A stretch of 64,000 nt of DNA from Spirochaetia bacterium. Its GTDB lineage: Bacteria; Spirochaetota; Spirochaetia; WRBN01. The position numbers and the translations under genes were made by a program. The stretch lies in assembly GCA_965249825.1 (NCBI GenBank), contig CBDFMW010000002.1, positions 98,644-162,643 of the forward strand. The letters are read 5' to 3'. Positions 29,964 through 38,799 of this stretch are shown piece after piece. The first letter of the stretch is position 1; the number at the start of each line of letters is the position of its first letter. The notes below the pieces were generated by a model. The model did not search any database. It had not been told where the DNA came from and saw only the letters and a list, made by a program, of their open reading frames with translations.

Positions 29964-30404
29964 ATGACATACAAAGCCATTATTTGGTTAGAGAGCAACG
30001 GGACCTACAGCGTGATGTTCCCAGATTTTCCCAACTGCTTTAGCATGGGTGATAACCTAGCCGAAGCACGGCACTATGCCCATGAAGCACTCGATTTGCA
30101 TTTAGAAGACAACCCTGTCAAGGGTTTTGCTCGTCCATCGCTCACGGTGAATAAAGACGCATTAGGGGTAGCCTCCGAGTATAGCGAAGTGTGTGATATC
30201 AAAGTGAGCAAGAACAAGGCGTTTGCTCTTAAATTGCGTTGGTTACGCCAAGATTTAGGGCTAACGCAAAAGACCCTAGCCGAGTTGTTGCATATCGGTT
30301 TATATGCCTATCAACGCCTAGAAAACCCTCGATTAAGCAACCCTACCATGAAAACAATCGAACAACTAGAAGCGGTGATTCACCAAGAGTTGGTTACTGT
30401 TTAA
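29964..30404 (+). CDS. HicB-family antitoxin-like protein with C-terminal XRE-type HTH
   Basis: N-terminal YSVMFPDFPNCFSMGDNLAEARHYAHEAL (HicB/UPF0150 fold); C-terminal LRWLRQDLGLTQKTLAELL HTH. Confidence 0.65.
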   Translation: MTYKAIIWLESNGTYSVMFPDFPNCFSMGDNLAEARHYAHEALDLHLEDNPVKGFARPSLTVNKDALGVASEYSEVCDIKVSKNKAFALKLRWLRQDLGLTQKTLAELLHIGLYAYQRLENPRLSNPTMKTIEQLEAVIHQELVTV

Positions 30405-30496
30405 TATAATCGAAGCGCCTAAAAAGCGTTGATTCTTAGGGCAAATCTGGTGTAATGTTAGGGGCATAACACCGAAAACACCACAAGGATTTACCC

Positions 30497-31246
30497 ATGC
30501 AAAAAACCTCCCCTCTCATAGATAAAGAGTTTAAAGTGCTAGACCACGGCTTTGTAAAGCTGATAGACCACATGGGCGATGACGAACGAATTGTGCAAAC
30601 CGCCCGCATTAGCTACGGCAAAAATAACGAAGAGTGCAACCACAGTGCCAACCTCATCAACCATCTCATCAAAAATCACCACACCTCGCCGCTCGAGCAA
30701 GTGGTCTTCACCTTCTACATCAAAGCCCCCCTATTTGTGGCACGGCAATGGTTACGCCACCGCACATCACGCCAAAACGAACGCTCCTCTCGCTATGTGG
30801 AGACTATCCCTGAGTTTTTCGCCCCCACCGAGTTGAGCGGTCGGATGAATGGTAACGGCAACGAACATATACCCGCAACCATGCAGGCACAAAACCAAGC
30901 CTCTTATAAAGTGTATGAAGAGTTGTTGGCTCAGGGGCTAAGCAAAGAGCTGGCCCGCACCGTGTTGCCCGTGGCGGCGTATACTGAGTTTTATTGGCAG
31001 ATGGACCTGCATAATTTGTTTCATTTTTTAAACTTGCGCATGGATAGCCACGCCCAGCAAGAGATTAGAGAGTATGCCCAAACGATTTTCTCCATTATAA
31101 AGGAGATTGTGCCGTTGGCGTGCGAGGCCTTTGAGAACCACATTTTTAACAGCGTGACGCTGAGCCAGAGACAGCTAGAACAGTTGCGCCCATTGTTACA
31201 AGGGGTAGAGCTGCCGACGGAGTTACAAAAAGTGTTAATGTCTTAA
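30497..31246 (+). CDS. thyX: flavin-dependent thymidylate synthase ThyX
   Basis: ThyX motif WLRHRTSRQNERSSRY (RHRxxxxxxxS). Confidence 0.9.
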   Translation: MQKTSPLIDKEFKVLDHGFVKLIDHMGDDERIVQTARISYGKNNEECNHSANLINHLIKNHHTSPLEQVVFTFYIKAPLFVARQWLRHRTSRQNERSSRYVETIPEFFAPTELSGRMNGNGNEHIPATMQAQNQASYKVYEELLAQGLSKELARTVLPVAAYTEFYWQMDLHNLFHFLNLRMDSHAQQEIREYAQTIFSIIKEIVPLACEAFENHIFNSVTLSQRQLEQLRPLLQGVELPTELQKVLMS

Positions 31247-31306
31247 GCAAAAAAGGTTGACACGAGGAACTGATAACACTATGTTAATGGATAACAGGAG
31301 AGATGA

Positions 31307-32695
31307 ATGGATTTTTTACTTGAACAAGAGGGATTAATGTCAATATTGTTGATGGTGGGGGTGGGATTTTTAGCCCTACTGATCCTCATTCCGTTGTTTT
31401 TTCGGCGTGTGGTGCGCACAAATGAGGTGCATATTGTGCAGTCATCAAAAAGCACAACCAGCTATGGCAAAGACACCGACAATGGCAACACTTACTATGA
31501 GTTTCCCTCATGGATGCCGAAAATTGGTGTTACCAAAATTATTTTGCCTACCAGCGTGTTTGACCTCGATTTGAGCAGCTACGAAGCCTATGACAAAGGT
31601 CGTCTGCCGTTTGTGGTGGACGTGAAGGCCTTCTTTCGCATTTCAGACAGCAATTTGGCAGCCCAACGGGTGGCCTCATTATCTGAGTTGCTGGATCAAC
31701 TGCGTGCCATTGTGCAGGGTGCGGTGCGTGTTATTTTAGCCACTAATGAAATTGAAGAGATTTTACAAGGCCGTGCCTCGTTTGGCGATCAGTTTACCTC
31801 CGAAGTGCGCGAGCAGCTGGCAAACTGGGGCGTTAGCACGGTTAAAAACATTGAGCTGATGGACATTAGAGACAGCAAAGACTCTTACGTTATCTCTAAT
31901 ATTATGGAAAAGAAAAAGTCGCTCATTGAGATGGAGTCGCGGACGGAAGTGGCAAAAAATAATCGGGTGGCCCAGGTAGCCGAGATTGAAGCCAAGCGCG
32001 AGGTGGATTTACGTGCGCAAGATGCCAAACAGCAGGTGCAGGTAAAAACCGTTGAGGTTCAGCGCGACATTGCTCTGCAGCAAGAGGCCAGCAATCAAGA
32101 AGTTATTGAGCAGCAACGCACCACTAAGGAAAAAGAGATGGCGGTGTTGCGCGTAGAAGAGGTGAAACGTACCGAGATAGAGCAAGAGGTGAGCGTTATT
32201 AAAGCCGAGCAAGACAAACGTGTGCGCATTACCGCCTCTGAGGGTGACAAAGCCGCCGTTATTCTCATTGCCAGTGGAGACCTTGAAGCCAAAAAAATGG
32301 GGTCCGAAGCCATTCGCCTTGAAGGTGCAGCCCGTGCCGAAGCCGAAAAGTCGATGCAGCTTGCCTCCGTGCAGGCGCAAGTGGAGCTGGCTAAAGAAAT
32401 TGGTGAAAATAAGTCGTATCAAGACTACCTCATTAGAACCAAAGAGGTGGAAGCCAACCAAGCCGTGGGTATTGAACAAGCTAAGGCGCTGGCTCAAGCT
32501 GAGATCAAGATCATCACCAATGCTGGCAGCCCCACCCAAGGCATGAGCAACGTGATGGATCTGTTCAGCAGCACCGGTGGCACCGGCGTGGCTTCGATGT
32601 TAGAAGGCATGGCCCAGTCGGAAACAGGTAAAAGCCTGCTTAACGGACTAACCGGCCGCCTAGCTGGCAAGAATGATTCGCCACCCGTGGTGTAA
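31307..32695 (+). CDS. flotillin-like SPFH/band-7 membrane protein
   Basis: N-terminal TM, SPFH domain, long Ala/Glu/Gln-rich coiled coil. Confidence 0.8.
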   Translation: MDFLLEQEGLMSILLMVGVGFLALLILIPLFFRRVVRTNEVHIVQSSKSTTSYGKDTDNGNTYYEFPSWMPKIGVTKIILPTSVFDLDLSSYEAYDKGRLPFVVDVKAFFRISDSNLAAQRVASLSELLDQLRAIVQGAVRVILATNEIEEILQGRASFGDQFTSEVREQLANWGVSTVKNIELMDIRDSKDSYVISNIMEKKKSLIEMESRTEVAKNNRVAQVAEIEAKREVDLRAQDAKQQVQVKTVEVQRDIALQQEASNQEVIEQQRTTKEKEMAVLRVEEVKRTEIEQEVSVIKAEQDKRVRITASEGDKAAVILIASGDLEAKKMGSEAIRLEGAARAEAEKSMQLASVQAQVELAKEIGENKSYQDYLIRTKEVEANQAVGIEQAKALAQAEIKIITNAGSPTQGMSNVMDLFSSTGGTGVASMLEGMAQSETGKSLLNGLTGRLAGKNDSPPVV

Positions 32696-32714
32696 CTACA
32701 CGCACGCATTTTAA

Positions 32715-32747
32715 GAAAAACCCTGCTAGCAAAGGCAGGGTTTTTTA
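32715..32747. terminator. bidirectional rho-independent terminator (also left copy of 30-bp direct repeat)
   Basis: agaaaaaccctgc-tagcaaag-gcagggtttttt. Confidence 0.75.
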
Positions 32748-33593
32748 ATACCGTTGCATGAACTTGTTGTTATCTACACGAGCACCGCTAAGTAAATCGT
32801 ACAATGGATTGTCTAGCACGCTACCAACTGTGGTCTGTCTTTCGTTAGCGTTTGAGACCAAGAAACCAAAAGGATCGATAATGACATAGGATGACTCTAA
32901 ATCATCCTGTTTTTCGATGACCAGTCGGCATGATGCATCCACCCCTTGGCAATAAAGAGTAAATTCATCATCACTAAGAGCTAAATCGCTAGCATCGGCG
33001 TTGCAATTTGCTTGAATGCGTACTTGCAAAATCTTGATACGATCAAACGCAACATCTCTTTACATCTGGTTAATATTTTTGTGTTTATTGCTCTGGCTTA
33101 CCACGGTGTTCACTTTAAGTTTAAACCTTTTTTCTTTAGCATACTGCAACACCTCCACAAGATTCTTGTAATCTAATGTCTGTCCGTTCCTACAACTCCT
33201 ACCGATGATAACATTGGTTTGGTTATCAAGACTATCAATACTAATTCCTATCATATCCACTTTATCTTGCCAGTTATCAATCACCTGCTTTGATAGCAAT
33301 GTGGCGTTGGTAATGACAGATACCGCTATTTTTTTGCCCACAATATAGGTAATCAGCTCGTTTAAGAAGGGTACAAGCATAGGCTCACCCCCCGCAACAT
33401 TTATACGCCCGTCCACAATACCGCACTGCCTAAAATAGTGTTCAATGGCATCCCCCACACATCTCCACTCTTCTAGCTCTAGCTCACCGTTCTCGGGCAA
33501 ACTATCTGAGGCATCAAAACGGGCAAAACAGTGTTTACAACTGTAGTTACATCTCTGCGTGATGTGTAAGTTAATGACATTAAACCCATTCAT
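32745..33593 (-). pseudogene. prokaryotic viperin-like (pVip) radical-SAM enzyme interrupted by a single in-frame TAA at 33060-33062
   Basis: CNYSCKHC radical-SAM motif; viperin-specific blocks INVAGGEPML, ISIDSLDNQTNVIIGR, FKLKVNTVV, then after the stop ...SCRLVIEKQDD..SYVIIDPFGFL aligning to the viperin C-terminal domain. ORFs 33060..33593 and 32745..33029 are in the same frame. Confidence 0.65.
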
Positions 33594-33595
33594 CT

Positions 33596-34831
33596 TTAAA
33601 ACACCCCCAAACTTTTCATTAATGAAAACAACGCCAACCCTATAGAAGCTACCGATGTCGCTGTGAGAACCACGATGACTTTTTGTAGCTTTTTCGTAGT
33701 GGTCGCAAAGGTTTGCTCCATCGCCTCCACTCGCTTCATGTCTTCAATCGCTGTGGCATTAAGGGCGGTAAACCCTTGCATTTCATCGGCTACTTTGCTC
33801 ACTTCCGCCTCCAGTTTGGCGGTAAGGGCTTGGTGTTTCTCCTGCACTTCATCTTTAAAACTGGCGACTGTTTTGTTGGTGGTCTCAAGCTTGGCGGTAA
33901 GGGCTTGGTGTTTCTCCTGCACTTCGTCTTTAAAACTGGCGACTGTTTTGTCGGTGGTCTCAAGCTTGGCGGTAAGAGCTTGATGTTGCTCTTGCACATC
34001 ATCTTTAAAACTAGCGACAGTTTTGTTGGTGGTCTCAAGCTTGGCGGTAAGGGCTTGGTTTTGCTCTTGCACTTCGTCTTTAACAGTAGCGACGGTTTTG
34101 TTGGTGGTCTCAAGCTTGGCGGTAAGGGCTTGATGTTGCTCCTGTACTTCATCTTTAAAACTAGCCACGGTTTTGGTTATATCGGACTGAAGGGCTTGAC
34201 GATGGTGTAACACCTCGTCTTGAACGTTGTCTAAAGTTCTACTAAGCTGGTCTATTGCTTCCGAATTACCGCTACTACACCGATCCAACTCGACTATTTT
34301 AGCATCAGTTTGACTATGTTTTTCAGCATTCCGAGAGCCACGCTCATTAACATCTCGGTATATGGTTTCAAGGTATTGTTGTGTCTCCTCGGTTATATTC
34401 GTATCACCTGAACGTATTAATTTAATAACAACATCTTCTTGTTTCTTGCGAGTATCTTCAGAGTTACTATGTTCATCGCCTAGGCTTATAAGCCTACCGT
34501 CCACATAATCAAAGCAATACAGAAAAAACTTGATTGATTCTTGAACCAATTCTACGATTTGCAAGTCTGCTTTAGCTGATGCAATCAAACCTTCAGCTAA
34601 CAACTCATCACGCGCCTTACTTTTACCCCATCCCACATTGTATACTTCGTGCGCTTTAATTCCTTGTTCACTGATCGTTTTTTTGGTTTGATCAATACCT
34701 TTCATTAGCCCTTTTAGGTGTTTTTCCTCATCATTAGAGTTGGTGAGTCTGCTCAAGCGGCGCTCAGCAAAACGATCTTTATTAGACAGTACTCCTAACC
34801 ATTCATTATCATTATTTTCCATTTCACTCAC
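33596..34831 (-). CDS. C-terminally membrane-anchored coiled-coil protein with five 25-aa tandem repeats
   Basis: 411 aa; repeats KTVASFKDEVQEQHQALTAKLETTN; C-terminal TM VIVVLTATSVASIGLALFSLM; strong RBS AAGGAGTGAG. Confidence 0.6.
   Translation of the reverse strand: MSEMENNDNEWLGVLSNKDRFAERRLSRLTNSNDEEKHLKGLMKGIDQTKKTISEQGIKAHEVYNVGWGKSKARDELLAEGLIASAKADLQIVELVQESIKFFLYCFDYVDGRLISLGDEHSNSEDTRKKQEDVVIKLIRSGDTNITEETQQYLETIYRDVNERGSRNAEKHSQTDAKIVELDRCSSGNSEAIDQLSRTLDNVQDEVLHHRQALQSDITKTVASFKDEVQEQHQALTAKLETTNKTVATVKDEVQEQNQALTAKLETTNKTVASFKDDVQEQHQALTAKLETTDKTVASFKDEVQEKHQALTAKLETTNKTVASFKDEVQEKHQALTAKLEAEVSKVADEMQGFTALNATAIEDMKRVEAMEQTFATTTKKLQKVIVVLTATSVASIGLALFSLMKSLGVF
33790..34200. repeat. 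75-bp coding tandem repeat array (~5.5 copies)
   Basis: ggcggtaag(g/a)gcttg recurs at 33818, 33893, 33968, 34043, 34118 (period 75). Confidence 0.9.
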
Positions 34832-34865
34832 TCCTTGTTAATCGATTTTTTATCCCGTTTGTTTC

Positions 34866-36562
34866 TTAGTACAAACTGTTTTCTGGAGACTGCATCATCT
34901 TTTTAAATTCCGCCTCACGCTCTGCCCTGCTAACTGCTACCGAATGTTGTACGTCCTCTATATGATCATTAAACTGTTGCTTGAACTCTGCGGATCTTTG
35001 TTCTACCTCCGCAGATCGTTGCTTCGACTCCGCCATTCGTTGATCAACATAAGCATAGCCTTCAGCAATGTTATGATAGGTCTGCATCATGGCATACTGC
35101 GGTAATTTACCAGATAAAGAGACAAGTTGAAATTTAATCTCTAAGTCTTTGTTTCGGTTATGAAACTTATCCATATAGTACAAAACAATGGTGGTTACCA
35201 ACCCACCTACAAGACTAGACAGCACCACGGCAATCGCATCGCTCACAGTTCTCTCACCAAAAAGGGGGAACAACATTAAAGGCTGAAGACCGGGGATTGC
35301 CAATAATAACTTCTCAATAGCCTCTGCCAACGCCAGCGAAAGCACACCAATTAACCCTGCGATTAATACTTTTACGGCTTGGTAACGCACCTCTTCCTTA
35401 GGCATTCCAGCCGGTGGGTTAGCCAATATTTTCATGGCTTGCACCAAAGAGACAAAGCCAGCTCGAATCATCTTAACAAATCTCTTTAAGGTGGTGGCAA
35501 ACATGTTGATAACAAACACCACCATGTTAGACAAAAAGGCGGTGATAGCCTGCCCAATGCCGTCTTTAAACAGATCTTTAAACTTGTTTTTTATGTTCTC
35601 AAACGCTTGATTTAAGGATGTTTTGAATCGGGCAACCACCTCTTTCAAGTTTTCATTGCCTTTGTTCTTAAATGTGGCGCGAACCTCTCTAAACACCGCC
35701 TGCACCACCTCTATCAAGGCTGGCGCCAGCATGGCGTATGCCCCCACATACATAGCATCTTTGGCTCCGGTAGACAACAGCTCTTTACCTTGCTTGTTAA
35801 AGAGGGCTTTATCTCCCTCCTTCTTTACATGTTTTTTGGCTTTGTCGTACTCTGCGGTAACCAGTTTCATGTCTAAATCATAGAACTCGGCATTGGTTTT
35901 TCCCGTTTTGCCATGGGGCTTGTTTGCCCACACCAACAGATCCTGATTACCCTTGGACTGGTTGGCACTGGAGCTAATGTAGGTGAGATTGACGGAATCG
36001 GTGGTAACTTTTGCCCGTTGCTCCGCTGTCATCCCCAAGTTCAGCTTAGGGTTTCGCTCAATTTCGGCAGCTGAGATGACATGGTCTAGGTGAGTTGAGA
36101 CATCTTTGTTTAACACCTTGCCAGTGTAACCATCTTTAATAGTCTCATTTTGCTGAAAGTCTTCTTTGCGTTGTTTATTAAAAGATTTACCATCCACTTT
36201 ATCGTAATCACTGCCTTATCGTAATCGCTGTTTTTTCTGTCATAATGATTCGTTTCCATGTATTTCATGTGGTCTTCATTACTCGCGGTTACGCCCTGTT
36301 CAAAGTTATGCACGGTGGTAACGTTACCACCATCAATGTTGGTCAACATCAGCGATGCTAGCCCAAACTGTCCCTTAATGGTGTCTAACACCACCTCTTG
36401 GCACAGCACCAGCAAAGATTTCGTCTCATTCGTCGACAATTGCGACTGCAACCTATCCATTTCAGCCAGCGTTGCTTCCAGCTCGGCATCAACCTCAATT
36501 GTAAACCCCTCTGTGGAGTCACTTAATCCTTCCAGCAGCCCTTCATCCGTTTCAAACCCCAT
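34866..36562 (-). pseudogene. HNH-nuclease-domain protein with C-terminal 4-TM region, split by frameshift from a 17-bp tandem duplication
   Basis: ORFs 36110..36562 and 34866..36197 both encode SDYDK in different frames across the duplicated ttatcgtaatc(a/g)ctg (36199-36213 and 36216-36230); HNH-like block LDHVISAAE...NLTYISSSANQSKGN. Confidence 0.5.
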
Positions 36563-36650
36563 TAGAACCTTGAGACCATCCTGTCAACCTCATTTCCCAC
36601 TTTAAGTTATAAAACAACCCTCCTATATAAAGGAATAAAGGCACTTGCCA

Positions 36651-36683
36651 AGAAAAACCCCGCTGGTAAAGGCAGGGTTTGCC
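36651..36683. repeat. right copy of imperfect 30-bp direct repeat (27/30 identical to 32714-32746)
   Basis: agaaaaaccccgctggtaaaggcagggttt vs agaaaaaccctgctagcaaaggcagggttt. Confidence 0.85.
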
Positions 36684-36853
36684 ATTTGTGAATGGCGGAG
36701 AGGGGGGCAATACCAACAGTTGGCTCTCTTTTATGCCATGCAAAGCCCCAAAAACGGGTATTTTTGACATTTTTTCAAAAAAATAAAAGAATGTGTTAAA
36801 AAGAGATAGGGTGTAATGGTGGGGTTTTTTTGGGTGAACAGGCGAAAAGGGTG

Positions 36854-36882
36854 TTGACAATTGTTGAGGTGTGAGCTATAGT
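36854..36882 (+). promoter_or_regulatory. near-consensus sigma70 promoter upstream of 16S rRNA
   Basis: TTGACA (36854-36859), 17-bp spacer, TATAGT (36877-36882); A-rich UP-like region upstream. Confidence 0.7.
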
Positions 36883-37098
36883 AAGGGAGTAGAGAAGAAG
36901 CAACGGCAACGAAGCGACGGACTACAGAAAATGATTTAAGTTACAGTTTTTAGTTATCACGGAGTTCCGATTGTGGGGTGGATGTGATGATTAGAAGAAG
37001 AGGGAAGGGGAGAGAGATACGTTTAGGTTTTAAAGAGCAACATGAACAATTTGTTAATTTTTGTAAATGAAATAATTTCCTAGTTTACTAGGAAGATA

Positions 37099-38644
<1,546 letters not shown>

Positions 38645-38727
38645 AGAAAGGTAATACAATAGAGTAAAATCTATGTACAGTTCATGAAGCAAATTGACCT
38701 AAACGTATCTCTCTCCTTTTTACTCTT

Positions 38728-38760
38728 TGAAAGCCACCTTTAGGGTGGTTTTTTTTTGTC
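38728..38760 (+). terminator. rho-independent terminator downstream of 16S
   Basis: aaagccacc-ttta-gggtggttttttttt. Confidence 0.65.
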
Positions 38761-38799
38761 CAAATGTTTTCGTGGTGTTATATTAATGATGAATGAGAA

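Noticed and set aside
33790-34200. Possible CRISPR array (regularly spaced repeats)
   Set aside because: The repeats are 75-bp, contiguous, without unique spacers, and lie in-frame inside a long ORF. This is a coding tandem repeat, not CRISPR. No cas genes are present.
36552-36860. 102-aa minus-strand ORF
   Set aside because: It lies in the rRNA promoter/UP-element region and cassette border and has no RBS. It is likely spurious.
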